This document shows, in pieces, positions 28,671 through 39,445 of a DNA stretch of 64,000 nt. The translations under genes were made by a program, and so were the position numbers. The stretch lies in assembly GCA_963772725.1 (NCBI GenBank), contig CAVYYI010000003.1, positions 736,001 to 800,000 of the forward strand, read 5' to 3'. Below the pieces are notes generated by a model that was not told the DNA's origin, did no database searches, and worked only from the letters and a program-made list of their open reading frames with translations. This stretch comes from an uncultured Phycisphaerales bacterium (lineage in GTDB: Bacteria > Planctomycetota > Phycisphaerae > Sedimentisphaerales > Anaerobacaceae). Positions within the stretch are counted from its first letter, which is position 1, and every line of letters starts with the position of its first letter.

Positions 28671-30560
28671 TCAGCGGTATCTGATTCTTATCGTATCGGA
28701 GCCGTAGAAGTATTGGCCGGTAGTAAGCGAGCCGACAACAGTAACTTCCAAATCGCTGTTATCGGTTACGTTTTCACAAAATGCCTGCCGGTCAAAAGAA
28801 ACTTCCGCAACAGTGTTGCCCCGCTCATTAGTAAAGACCCTGACACTCTGCGACTTAATGTTCATAGATTCAACAACAGCCGGAATATTAACATTCACCT
28901 CTCCCGGCAGAATGCCCGGAGACAAAGTGAAGTGTGCCTTTACCCATTGGCCGTTACTTTTGGAGTCTAATGTCTGTGGCGTAAAGTTCATTTCGACCTT
29001 TATCGCCGGCAAAACTGTTACATTCACATCATCGGGAGCGGAATCAACTATTCCATCGTTGACAATCAATGCAAAAACGTATTGACCAGCAGAAAGTCTT
29101 GTTCGCAGTATCTGGCCGGTTCCTGGAGCAAGGTCGTATTCAGGATCCCAGTTCAGCGATGCCGAGGTATTTAGCCAATTCTGGCACAGAATTGACAAAT
29201 CAGAAATGGGAGACCCGTCTTTGGGATTTTTTATATCAATAGCGGCTAAATCGAGGAAATTGATTATTCCATCACCACATGAAGTAAAACTATTGCCGTC
29301 CGCAGACCATGCCCAGCGGTAGCTCAGCGGCTGATTATCGTCGTCATATGAACCCGAACCGTCGAGTATTATTTCGGCAAAGCCGTCAATCCATGCGTAA
29401 GCCGTGAGGTCTTCACCGGCATCAGCGACAGGGAGATGATTGAATTCACAAGCCCCCATATCGATCCTGCCGGCGATGATGCGGGGTTTCCCATCGAAAT
29501 CAGTTTTGTTTGGAGAAGCGATATAATTGGGGTCGCCGGCGTTTATGCAGGGCGAATTGTTGAGCAGATTGTAATCACCGTCAATCCAGAAGTCGTCATT
29601 TGAATCCGCCGGTGTGTCGTTGATGTCCCAGTATCCCGGTGTCACAAAACACGGGTCAGCGTCGATATTGCCGATACCCTGCCAGCCGCCTTGCATATTG
29701 GTGTACATAACAGAAGCATTAAAAGTACTTTGGGGATAAGACGCAATTTGATTAATTTTATTATCTCTCAGGATAGAATTTGTAATTGTCAAAATATTCG
29801 CTAACACGCCCAATTGGCCATTTCCTGTAATTGTACAATTAGCGATTTTTTCAATCTTGCCGATAATCCCGGATTCTTTGTTTCTTGAGACGATACAATT
29901 GGTCAGTATCGAACCGCAACCGTCGTTGACGCCTGATTTCCCATTTTCTGAAATTCTGCAGTTATTAACTAAGAAATTACCATAGCCGCTAAGTAGTATG
30001 CCATTACCATTGTTTTTAACAATGTCGCAATTGGTAATTGTAGAATATACCAGTCCCTCTCCGTAGATACCGTGACTTCCGCCTGTGATTGTAAAGCCGC
30101 TCAGGATACTTTTTTGTTTTTCCTTGTTTACAAAACTCACAACCCCTTTGGAACTATTTCCCTTGATTACTGTAACCGCGGCAATATCGCGGTCGTAAGG
30201 GTCTATTGACCTTAGGGTCAAGTCTTTTCCTTTGAAATCAATGCTTTCGTGATAGACTCTAGGCTTGACCATAATCTCGTTGCCTGGTTCAGCGGCAATA
30301 ATCGCGTGCTGTATGTAGTCATACTTGTTACCTGTGGTCAGATTCTCAACAGGTCCATCAGCAATAGAATAGGTTATTTTGAAGGACATACCTTTGGCTT
30401 TGTCGTACAAGCCGGTGAGCCATATAACAGTATCACCATCGATTGCCGGGGCACAGCCGTATGGAGAACCGGACAGAGGTATATCCAGCATAAGATGGCG
30501 GCCCAGACTTAAAATAAGCATCTTTTTCATTTTCGTACACCTCCAAAGTACCTCAAACAA
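28671..30560 (-). CDS. Parallel beta-helix repeat protein with PKD-like module (probably extracellular; 5' part looks truncated)
   Basis: IQHAI..A..G, GFTITGG, NC-I-N repeats, GNIDADPCF, SPCINAGDP, IDMGACE, PVADAG. Confidence 0.8.
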   Translation of the reverse strand: MFEVLWRCTKMKKMLILSLGRHLMLDIPLSGSPYGCAPAIDGDTVIWLTGLYDKAKGMSFKITYSIADGPVENLTTGNKYDYIQHAIIAAEPGNEIMVKPRVYHESIDFKGKDLTLRSIDPYDRDIAAVTVIKGNSSKGVVSFVNKEKQKSILSGFTITGGSHGIYGEGLVYSTITNCDIVKNNGNGILLSGYGNFLVNNCRISENGKSGVNDGCGSILTNCIVSRNKESGIIGKIEKIANCTITGNGQLGVLANILTITNSILRDNKINQIASYPQSTFNASVMYTNMQGGWQGIGNIDADPCFVTPGYWDINDTPADSNDDFWIDGDYNLLNNSPCINAGDPNYIASPNKTDFDGKPRIIAGRIDMGACEFNHLPVADAGEDLTAYAWIDGFAEIILDGSGSYDDDNQPLSYRWAWSADGNSFTSCGDGIINFLDLAAIDIKNPKDGSPISDLSILCQNWLNTSASLNWDPEYDLAPGTGQILRTRLSAGQYVFALIVNDGIVDSAPDDVNVTVLPAIKVEMNFTPQTLDSKSNGQWVKAHFTLSPGILPGEVNVNIPAVVESMNIKSQSVRVFTNERGNTVAEVSFDRQAFCENVTDNSDLEVTVVGSLTTGQYFYGSDTIRIRYR

Positions 30561-30805
30561 TAATTTAAGGAAATACCGCTTTTTCTAAATAAGACGCTAA
30601 ACCATCGCATTTTGTTACAATAATTTTTGCGTTTTTTTAAAAATTTTATCAACTCGCTGCATATTGCGTAAATATCACAGGAAAAAATGGTTAAAATTAT
30701 GAAAGTTAATACTCATTATTCACCGCCAATGGCACAGCCCGAAGAGATAATTATAATATAAAGAGTTATAGCAACAATAATAAACAGTGTAAATCCGTGG
30801 TTAAC

Positions 30806-31276
30806 CCAACTTTCGCAGTTTGGGCGGTAAATTGCGATTTTCAAAAATTCTTATCCGTGTAGCGTTTTAAAATCGCCATAAATGTTCCAAAACCCTGTGT
30901 GGTGAAGCCCTGCTCTATTGCAAGGCTGTTTTTATGATGCCAAACTATCGGCATGTTCCTGAGAAGTTACAAACGCAAAAAGAACGGCAAATGGCACGAG
31001 TACTTCAGTGTCGTCGAGAACCGCAGGGTTACGCCTGACAAGACGGTTCAACGGACAGTTCTTTATCTTGGTGAAATAACCTCATCGCAGGAAAACAGAT
31101 GGCGCAAAACCCTGGAGGTTTTCGACGAAGATACAGGCAAACATGAACAAAAGCTGCTCTTCGCCGAAGATATATCTACCTGTAGCAGACCGGTTGAATG
31201 ATGATTTTTGTGGTGGAAACTAACCCCGCTGACGCTGCCGAAACCGCCGATTTTAATGCCTAACTGCGAAAGTTGG
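30806..31276 (+). mobile_element. Internally deleted IS1634-family element (MITE-like)
   Basis: Terminal IR CCAACTTTCGCAGTT / AACTGCGAAAGTTGG; flanks GTTAAC and GCTAAC; carries only the transposase 5' end. Confidence 0.8.
30953..31201 (+). pseudogene. IS1634 transposase N-terminal fragment
   Basis: MFLR..R.KNGK.H.YFSVVENRR....VQRTVLYLGEI. Confidence 0.82.
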
Positions 31277-31373
31277 GCTAACCTTGTCCCCGCATATGTA
31301 TATAAATAAAAGAGAAAATTTATGAAACGCCTGTCTCATATAGCTGTATTGTGTGAGGCGAAAGTGCTGCACC

Positions 31374-31565
31374 TTACTTCTCTTCAGCTTTTTTTGCGGC
31401 TTTTTCACGCTGAATAGCGTCAAAGACTTCCCTTCTGTGTACCGGTACATCTTTAGGCGCAGTTATACCCAGGCGAACTTTGTCACCTCGTACGTCCACG
31501 ATGGTAATCTCAACATTATCGCCGATTATTATAGATTCATCTTTTTGTCTGCTCAGAACCAACAT
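31374..31565 (-). CDS. csrA: Carbon storage regulator
   Basis: MLVLSRQKDESIIIGD..VRLGITAPKDVPVHRREV. Confidence 0.97.
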   Translation of the reverse strand: MLVLSRQKDESIIIGDNVEITIVDVRGDKVRLGITAPKDVPVHRREVFDAIQREKAAKKAEEK

Positions 31566-31860
31566 TTTTTCAACTCCTTTTGCCAGTTGGTCTTATCACT
31601 AATAATACGATACAAGCCGCTTAGAAGTTCTGATAAGACTCCGCCCGCTTATCCTGCGGCGGCCAGGTTCAAAAAATGCACAGTATCACACAGCATAATT
31701 TGAACTCAATATTCTTTTCGGCTAATTTTGAAGGTAAAAACAACCATTTTTCGGGCGTATTCGGAATTGACAATCTTTTATGGGACTATGGCTGTATAAC
31801 AGCTTTTCAAATAAGCACTTATAAAAAACCTATTTTAAAAAAGATATAAAAATTTAATCG

Positions 31861-32757
31861 TTAATTTTCGTGTTTTCGCCAAAACTGATACCGTACAGCC
31901 ATCCAGTAACCGGTTATCGCGCCAAGTGAACCCAGTGCCGCTATCTGCAGAGGCAAAATAGAAAGTACGGAGTTTGAAAAGAAGTACAGGGGCTGGTTGC
32001 TTGTTAAATAAGCCAGTACGTCCTGTCTCAGATAACTATGGACGGCAAAAGCAGTTACAAATCCTGTCGCGACTGTCGGCCAGATATAGCTGCTATCAAG
32101 AACCATTTTGGCAGCAAACGAGACTATTACGAAAGCAGCAAAAACCGCGAAAATTATCTGACCGGTCTGGGGTTGGCCTATAACCGAGCCTAATTTGCTG
32201 TCCGAGATTCTGACGTCCTGTGCAAACAGCGCAAGCAAAAATTGCACAGCCAAAACTGAAACTACCAAAGCAATAGCGGCGTTTAAGTATTTGGCTGAAA
32301 TAGATTTATCCTTGTGTGCCTCATGAAAAAAACCATTTTTTGAGCCGGTTATTCTGTGGGCGGCAAAAACACCGGCAAAACCAATCACGATTATGGCAAT
32401 CCAGAAAAAAGGTTCCCACCTCAACGCTGAATAGACCGTCTCTCGCTGAGAGGGTGCGGGATTCAGCAGCAGGCGGCTCATATCCCCTGTCCGCATAGCC
32501 CACACGGTTAAGCCGAAAGGAACCGCCAGGACACCTATTTCACAGCCAAAAGGCCATGAGATAAAATAAGCCGTCAAGCCCGTTAAAAACGCCAGCCCAG
32601 CCAGAATAATTGCTTTATTAACCGTGATACCCGAAAGCACAACGGCACCAAGGGGGTCGGCGGGTTTAACTAAAGGCCAGCCAAAAATCCCGATGGCCGC
32701 AATACCTATCGCGGCAACCAATGCGATTCTTACTCTCATCAGCAGGGATAATTCCAT
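31861..32757 (-). CDS. Multi-pass membrane protein of unknown function
   Basis: About 8 hydrophobic segments; operonic with rpiB. Confidence 0.75.
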   Translation of the reverse strand: MELSLLMRVRIALVAAIGIAAIGIFGWPLVKPADPLGAVVLSGITVNKAIILAGLAFLTGLTAYFISWPFGCEIGVLAVPFGLTVWAMRTGDMSRLLLNPAPSQRETVYSALRWEPFFWIAIIVIGFAGVFAAHRITGSKNGFFHEAHKDKSISAKYLNAAIALVVSVLAVQFLLALFAQDVRISDSKLGSVIGQPQTGQIIFAVFAAFVIVSFAAKMVLDSSYIWPTVATGFVTAFAVHSYLRQDVLAYLTSNQPLYFFSNSVLSILPLQIAALGSLGAITGYWMAVRYQFWRKHEN

Positions 32758-32772
32758 AATTTCGGATATCAG

Positions 32773-33255
32773 CTATTTATTAATGTGATTGTTGTTATGT
32801 ATTTCAGTAGGGTCTTTGCCCTCTTCAATGGCCGCAATCTTACGGACTCTTCGTTCGTGCCGGCCTCCGTTGAATTCAGTGGTCAGCCAGATTTCAACAA
32901 TTTTACGCAGCAGTATTTCATTAATAAGGTCGCCGGCAACGCAAAGCACATTTGCGTCGTTATGATGACGTGAAATCTGCGCACCGAGTTCGTCATTACA
33001 CAAGGCCGCCCGGATTCTTTTAACCTTGTTGGCAGCTATGCACATACCGATACCCGTACCGCAAGCGAGAATTGCTCGGTCAGCTTTATTTTCCGAAACA
33101 GCCTTTGCAGCGATATAAGCGGTGTCGGGATAGTCAACGGGGTGATTACCGTCGGTACCGACGTCAATGCACTCATGGCCCAATTGTATCACAATGGCCT
33201 TAATCTGCTTCTTGGCTTCAAAACCGCGATGGTCACTTCCTACGACTATTCTCAT
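32773..33255 (-). CDS. rpiB: Ribose-5-phosphate isomerase B
   Basis: GSDHRG, DYPD, CGTGIGM..AANK, RHHNDANVL, GGRHERRV. Confidence 0.96.
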   Translation of the reverse strand: MRIVVGSDHRGFEAKKQIKAIVIQLGHECIDVGTDGNHPVDYPDTAYIAAKAVSENKADRAILACGTGIGMCIAANKVKRIRAALCNDELGAQISRHHNDANVLCVAGDLINEILLRKIVEIWLTTEFNGGRHERRVRKIAAIEEGKDPTEIHNNNHINK

Positions 33256-34394
33256 AATATTAACTCACCTATTCTTTTCTTCACGGCGTTCTCAATTACA
33301 TCGGCACATTGTTTATAAATCTGCTGGCCACGGCCTATCGGGTCAACAATATTTTCATTTTCAGCAAGCAGCATACACTTGTCCGCGGCGCTGGGATTAA
33401 GGGTGATAACCTGGCTGCGATGCTCATTAGTCATCACATAAATATAATCGCTTTTGTTGATAAGTCCTGTTGTTAAAGCCTCGCTCCTGTGCTTACCTAT
33501 ATCGACACCTTTATCAGCACAGGCTGCCACAGCTTCCGGAGTGGCCGGAGAACCGACGATTCCCATAGCACCGGCGGAATATATCTTATAACCTATTTTT
33601 TCGAGATTGTCAATGTCACAACCCATTTTTTCCACAAGATATTTGCTGAAAATTCCCTTTGCCATAGGACTTCGGCATGTGTTGCCCGTACAGACGAACA
33701 GAAAGCTTACTGTGGCCATGGCTTTGAGCTCCGCCTGTGAATACGCTCCGGGCCGGAGTATCTCAAGCCCCATTTTACCCATTTTAGCAACTGTACTGCT
33801 TTGTTTATAACTGCACTGCCCGCCGTTGAGGACCATTTCAATCTGCCCGTCGAATTGAGCTAAAACCTGCTCTGCATCCACGGCGGGCGGCTCACCGGTC
33901 AGATTTGCGCTCGGTGCGACCACAGCGTTGGCGGTTTTTCTCAATAACGCCATCGCTATCGCGTTGGCGGGAAAGCGAATTCCTATAGAGCCGTTTCGGT
34001 AAAGGTTATCAAAAACTTCTTTTTCGAGTGTTTTTCGCTGACGCCTAAGGTCATTTTCGTCTAATTCGAGCACAAGCGTCAGCGGGCCAGGCCAGGCTTT
34101 TTCGGTCAGTTTTTTCGCCCGCAGGTTTATCTGCGGAATATATTTGGCTAAAACATCTCTCGAACCGATATGCAGACTGTAAAATTTGTCGGGTGTCCGG
34201 CCTTTGATGCCGTTGAGTTTTACCAGTGAATCGTTGCGTACCCGGCAGGCGATTCCATAAACCGTTTCCGTGGGAAATGCAACCAGCCCGCCCTGGTCAA
34301 TTAGCTGTGCAGCCTCGGAGATTATCCCCGCGTCAGGATTGTTTCGGTCAAGTTTTACGACTTTTGTTTGCATATTCGCTAAAAAATACTCCAA
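33252..34394 (-). CDS. tsaC: TsaC/Sua5 threonylcarbamoyl-AMP synthase fused to an LMW phosphatase domain
   Basis: VAFPTETVYG, KGR, WPGPLT, APSAN; C-terminal FVCTGNTCRSPMA and DPIG. Confidence 0.92.
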   Translation of the reverse strand: MEYFLANMQTKVVKLDRNNPDAGIISEAAQLIDQGGLVAFPTETVYGIACRVRNDSLVKLNGIKGRTPDKFYSLHIGSRDVLAKYIPQINLRAKKLTEKAWPGPLTLVLELDENDLRRQRKTLEKEVFDNLYRNGSIGIRFPANAIAMALLRKTANAVVAPSANLTGEPPAVDAEQVLAQFDGQIEMVLNGGQCSYKQSSTVAKMGKMGLEILRPGAYSQAELKAMATVSFLFVCTGNTCRSPMAKGIFSKYLVEKMGCDIDNLEKIGYKIYSAGAMGIVGSPATPEAVAACADKGVDIGKHRSEALTTGLINKSDYIYVMTNEHRSQVITLNPSAADKCMLLAENENIVDPIGRGQQIYKQCADVIENAVKKRIGELIL

Positions 34395-34470
34395 ACAGGA
34401 AAAAATGGCAAGGATTGATTTTGTCTTTTAAGTGCCTTGATTGAATGATATTTTACGTGCCAAATATCTT

Positions 34471-35703
34471 CTACTTTTGGACTTCTACGACGCAAAATAG
34501 ACCATGGCCGCAACCTAATCCCTGTGGTAGAGAAAATTCAAGATTTCGCAGCACGCAGGCAACCTGCGGCCCCATAACACTGGCCCAAAAATCAAAAACA
34601 GGGAACCTGTCGGCATTCCTGTAAAGCCACGCGAGCATTTTTAACTCCTCGGCAAGGCTTTCGGGAGCGGTTTCTATGATTCTTTTTACTTCCGGTTTAT
34701 TGGTGGACATTAAAGCGTGAAGGGTATTTATTACCGTCTGCCACTGTTTATAGTAATCTGAAATTCGCGTCCAGGCCTGGGGTTGAGTATCCTTAACTTT
34801 TTCCAGATAACTGATGTCAAAGTTCAAATTATCTATCTGCCCTCTGTAATCCCTATCGAAAAGCCGATTTACCGCCAATCTTGTTTGATGATTTTGTTCT
34901 TTGAAAAAGCTCGTATCCATGTGCCGACCGACAAATATCGAACGGTCATGCATAGTAACAATTTCGGTTTTTCTTTTCGTGGATTTTGCTGTTGATTCGA
35001 TAAGGCTGATAAGCTCGCTGCTGCCCCAGTACATAACATCAAAATATTCGATTTTTTCCGGTTTACGTTCCTCTGGCGGAAGTAAATATCCCATATTGTA
35101 GGGCAAAGGCTCACTGCAATCTTTGTCCCAGTACTTCGGCCATTCGGGGGAATATCTGCCATAAAGGTCAAACACAAAATATCCGTGATTATCTATGTGA
35201 GAAAAAATCTGCTGCGTGAGATGTTCAAGTTCCTCGGAAGATAAATGGGATAAAGACGCATAAGATGAAAAATATATGTCATAAGGGTCGTCTTTTATAA
35301 AAGGAAAACCTTCCGACAAATCACCCCGAATAAATTCGACCTGCGGCAGGCCAGCATAATTTTGTTTGCCCTGCTCAACCATAGCCGGTGATATATCGAC
35401 ACCTTTATAAATTTCGATATCATTTTCTGATATTAAAAATTCCTTGTGTACTGTTTTAACGTGGGTACTATTTGCGATATGCGTCAGAAGTTCCATTCCT
35501 TCACCGCTGCCGCAGCCGAGGTCAACGATGCGAATTTTCTGCTTTTGCTCTAAAATACGTTCGATGGCAGGCCGGACGGTAATTTTTATGGAAACATCCT
35601 CCCAATATTTACGCACATTGTCTCTTTTTCCAAATAATCCTGAGCTACCTACACCATAGAATCCTTGTTTAACCGCTGCTTCAAAAAATTCTGTTTTGCG
35701 CAT
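34471..35703 (-). CDS. Class I SAM-dependent methyltransferase
   Basis: VDLGCGSGEG, GVDISPAM; start MRKTEFF after GAGG. Confidence 0.85.
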   Translation of the reverse strand: MRKTEFFEAAVKQGFYGVGSSGLFGKRDNVRKYWEDVSIKITVRPAIERILEQKQKIRIVDLGCGSGEGMELLTHIANSTHVKTVHKEFLISENDIEIYKGVDISPAMVEQGKQNYAGLPQVEFIRGDLSEGFPFIKDDPYDIYFSSYASLSHLSSEELEHLTQQIFSHIDNHGYFVFDLYGRYSPEWPKYWDKDCSEPLPYNMGYLLPPEERKPEKIEYFDVMYWGSSELISLIESTAKSTKRKTEIVTMHDRSIFVGRHMDTSFFKEQNHQTRLAVNRLFDRDYRGQIDNLNFDISYLEKVKDTQPQAWTRISDYYKQWQTVINTLHALMSTNKPEVKRIIETAPESLAEELKMLAWLYRNADRFPVFDFWASVMGPQVACVLRNLEFSLPQGLGCGHGLFCVVEVQK

Positions 35704-35756
35704 AATGAGATACCTCTGCCCTGTTTTCATCAGATGGATTGACAAAATTAATGGGA

Positions 35757-35808
35757 GGCGGCCCGACACATCCCCGATACCTGCGAAGAAAACTTTTCCT
35801 TCGCACCC
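35757..35808 (-). ncRNA. Candidate nhaA-I (Li+/Na+-sensing class) riboswitch
   Basis: Minus strand: GGGTG-CGAAG-GAAAAGTTTT-CTTCG-CAGG-TATCGGGGATGT-GTCGGGCCGCC. This fits my recollection of the nhaA-I consensus; not verified with a covariance model. Confidence 0.65.
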
Positions 35809-35819
35809 TTATTATTTTA

Positions 35820-35848
35820 AAATTAACAGAAATAAATGACACTGTCAA
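35820..35848 (-). promoter_or_regulatory. Sigma-70-type promoter for the riboswitch/methyltransferase transcript
   Basis: TTGACA-N17-TAATTT. Confidence 0.65.
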
Positions 35849-36047
35849 GTATTAGATTTGATAATTTGCATATTAACTTCTCGACTACCCAATTAACTTT
35901 CTAAATTGCTTATAATCCCTGTTAATCGTTGCTGCGCCATTTTGCTGCCGAGGTAAAAATAAAAAAATTAACAGGATTATAATAGAAATTCTTCGATTTT
36001 TTGTTTTTAATGATGGTTTATTTGAGGTTAACACTAAAGGCATAAAA

Positions 36048-37875
36048 ATGGAACATACAAAAAGCTTTAATATAGTTCATCTTTCGCCAGCCAAATTCGT
36101 TATAGGCTGTTTAGTTGCATCAGGAATAATCCTTGGGGTAAGTCAATTTTATCAATTTTCAAGCTGGGTCGTGGCTATTGAAGTTCTGCTTATGGTATTG
36201 TCACTTTTTATTTTTGGTTCTATCCGTTATCGCATAGACAAAAATGCTATTACTTATGGAATGGTCATTGTTGTTTCAGCAACATTCTGGGCAATATGGT
36301 GGCCAACATCTTTTCTGCGACAATCCATAAATATTGAAGGGCTAAAAGCTCTTTGGAAATTTTTCCAAAATAACTTTTTAAGCTTCCACGGACTTGATGC
36401 AATGGTTCATGCCGATACTATGCTTTTTATTTTGGGTCTTACGATGTTTGTAGCGGTCATTACTCAAACTCGTCTGCTTGAAACAATTAGTTTCGTCATA
36501 TTAAGAATGAATCGGGGTAAAGTTGTGCCGACCGTGGCGATTATTGCCGCTATCGTAGCCGTTTCTTCGGGAGTTCTCGATGGTGTTTCAATGATAGGAC
36601 TTATGATACGGACTATTGTGATAATTCTCTTACTTTCAAAAATTAAGGATGACACCATAATTTTCGTTGTTATGATTTCTACTGTTATCACGACCGTATG
36701 CGGTATGTGGCTGGCGTATGGCGAACCGCCAAATCTTATCATGAAAGCAAACCTGCATCCACTTTTGGATAATGCCTTTTTCCTCCGCTACTGCCTGCCT
36801 GTGGCGATAGGAAGCTATTTTATCGTCGCATGGAATATTCGACGAAAACTCGGTGGAAGAACTAATATTGACATGCACAAGCTCAACTTTTTGGAATCCC
36901 ATGTAGCCGATGTGCGTTTTCTTCAGGCTACCCGACACGGAGAAGTATTGGATTCTCTGGAATTTATTAAAGAACATGAAGAATCGCTCGGTAATTTTTA
37001 TAACCCCCTCTCCGAATATTTGCATCAGGGTATGTCTCCCGGAGAAGCATTGATAAGAGCAGGAGTCCCACAGGACAAGAGAAGAGAATTACTCGGCATT
37101 TTTGTATCAGAAGATATAGCTGAAATGCTGGACAGCTACTATGCATGTGAGGTAAATGGAGATTTACAGGGCAGGGATAAATTCACCGATAGGTTAAATC
37201 TCTTTTTCGACAATATTAAAAAACAGCGGCTACGAACTCAAAAAATTGGGATTCTGTCATTTATCCCATTTATTGGCTGTCTGGTTTGGCATGCCATAAA
37301 TCACAATTTCCCTCTTTTCCCTGCTTCTTTTGCAGGTTTTCTGGCAGCTTTTATCGGCATATTCTCCATTTCTAAAATGAGACGTCTGGCACTGGTTGAG
37401 GCGTACCACGAATATTCTGAGTATCTCTTTTTAATACCTCTGTTCTTTTGCATTACTCTATTACAAAAAACAGGTTTTTTCAGCAATATCACCCAGTTTT
37501 TACACTGGGGTATCGAAGCAATAGGGGCACCGCAATTGGCTTTAATTCAGTTCGGAGGCGCTACCGTTCTATCCGCTATGCTCGATAATAATGTCGTAGC
37601 CGACTTCGCCGGTCGTGCCTCTTCAGGGCTTAGAGGTTGGCTTCATACATCTTTTTGCCATGGCACAGATAGCAGGATATGCCGCCGGAGGCTGCTGGAC
37701 GCATATCGGTTCAGCACAGTCTGTTGTTGCCTATTCTTTCATCCGCAAGGAAATAAATGGGCACTTTACTCCTTACCAATGGATTAAAGCTATGACCCCT
37801 ATTATTATTGAAATAATTATACTTACAGCCGTTATCATATTTATTGAAGGATGGCTTTTCCACGTATCAAACTGA
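36048..37875 (+). CDS. IT-superfamily (NhaB/NhaD/ArsB/SLC13-like) permease, frameshift near 37620
   Basis: SGVLDGVS, GEPPNL, LSAMLDNNV; continues as GGCWTHIGSAQSVV. Confidence 0.85.
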
Positions 37876-37925
37876 ATACTTAAAGCTTATCGAAGGATTT
37901 AATTCACAACGGTAAAAAACACCCA

Positions 37926-38741
37926 TTAAGATTGTAGTCTGCGGGTGGCAATCATACCGAGGATGAAGAAACTTGTGCCGGTAAGGATGATGACCGCACC
38001 TGTGGGCAGGTTAAAAATCAGCGACAGAAACACGCCGATAATTATTATAAGCTCAACGAAAATAATGCTAAGCGCAAGTAAAGCCTTTGCGTTGCGGGCA
38101 AAGAGTTTGCCGAAAGACACCGGTATTATAAGAAGTGCGCTGACGAGGATAATGCCGAACATCTTTATAGCAAGGATACTTGAAACGGCCAGCAGTATAT
38201 AAAGAATAAGCTGATAAAGTTCAGTTCGCACGCCCGCCAGATGCGCCAGCTCAGGGTTAAGGCATATAAACAGATACTTTTTGTAGTTATAAATGATGAA
38301 GGCAATAATTATTATCGAAGCTGGTATTATCGCCCAAAGTTCGCCGTCGCCAATAGTCAGGATATTGCCGAAAAGAAAACTCAGCAGGTCGGGCTGATAG
38401 CCCTTTTTAAAACTCATCAGCACAACACCCAGCGCCAGGCTCGACGTGAAAAGAATCCCGATGAGCGAATCCGGCGCGATGTCAGTTTTCTTTTCGAGAA
38501 AGAATATCGCAACGGCAAAGATGACACCTAAAATCACCGCCCAGAGCAGCGGCTGCTGACCCACGAGCAGAGCAATCGCGACACCAGCAAGAGCCGTATG
38601 GGCGATTCCGTCGCTGAAAAACGCCATTTTCCTGAGAACGACAAAAATACCTAAAATTGCCAATAGTCCCCCGCTGAACACCCCTGCCAGCAGCGCCCTT
38701 TGCACAAACGGATACCAAAGCAATTCCAAACTCATATTCAA
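37926..38741 (-). CDS. znuB: Zn/Mn ABC transporter permease
   Basis: FFSDGIAHTALAG, LFGNIL, GIILVSALLIIP. Confidence 0.88.
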   Translation of the reverse strand: MNMSLELLWYPFVQRALLAGVFSGGLLAILGIFVVLRKMAFFSDGIAHTALAGVAIALLVGQQPLLWAVILGVIFAVAIFFLEKKTDIAPDSLIGILFTSSLALGVVLMSFKKGYQPDLLSFLFGNILTIGDGELWAIIPASIIIIAFIIYNYKKYLFICLNPELAHLAGVRTELYQLILYILLAVSSILAIKMFGIILVSALLIIPVSFGKLFARNAKALLALSIIFVELIIIIGVFLSLIFNLPTGAVIILTGTSFFILGMIATRRLQS

Positions 38742-38743
38742 TC

Positions 38744-39445
38744 CTAATGTATATGTTCGCGCATCTCAAAATGCGAGCTGTAAAGTTTTTCGAGTATTTC
38801 CTTAGTCATAACCCTTTGCGGTTCGCCGCAGCAGAACATGCTCCTGTTGACGCAAATAACCTTTGTCGAAGTAATCGAAACCATATTGACTTCGTGTGAA
38901 ATGAGAAAAACTGTGATGTGATGTTCCGTATTTATGTGCCGTACAAGTTCATAAAAACTCGCCACGCCCTCGACATCGACGCCGGAAGTCGGCTCATCAA
39001 GAATCAGAAGTTCCGGCTTTTTCAAAAGCGAGCTGACGATAAGTACTCTCTGCATCTGTCCGCCGGATAAAGTACCAAGCTTCTTTTTTAAGATATCGGT
39101 AACACCGAATTCTCTGCACATTTCTTCGTGCCACGCCGGGTCGGGTTTATATCCGGGAAGATTCAGAAATTCATCCACACTGATTGGGAATGTTCTGTCA
39201 AAATCGAACCGCTGGGGGACATAACCCGCCTCGCCGAGATGCTCCCTGAAAGGTGTGCCGTTCCAGGTAACAGTGCCTTTATGCTCGATAAGGCCGAGCA
39301 TCGCGCGAACGAGTGTGGTTTTGCCTGAGCCGTTCGGGCCGATTATCGAAACGACGTCGCCTTTATCGACCTCGAAGGTGACATTTTCAATAATCTGGTT
39401 GCCGTTAAACGCAACCGCCAGATTTTTTACTTCGATAAAACTCAT
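38744..39445 (-). CDS. znuC: Zn/Mn ABC transporter ATPase
   Basis: GPNGSGKTT, LSGGQMQR, LDEPT; His-containing tail. Confidence 0.88.
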   Translation of the reverse strand: MSFIEVKNLAVAFNGNQIIENVTFEVDKGDVVSIIGPNGSGKTTLVRAMLGLIEHKGTVTWNGTPFREHLGEAGYVPQRFDFDRTFPISVDEFLNLPGYKPDPAWHEEMCREFGVTDILKKKLGTLSGGQMQRVLIVSSLLKKPELLILDEPTSGVDVEGVASFYELVRHINTEHHITVFLISHEVNMVSITSTKVICVNRSMFCCGEPQRVMTKEILEKLYSSHFEMREHIH

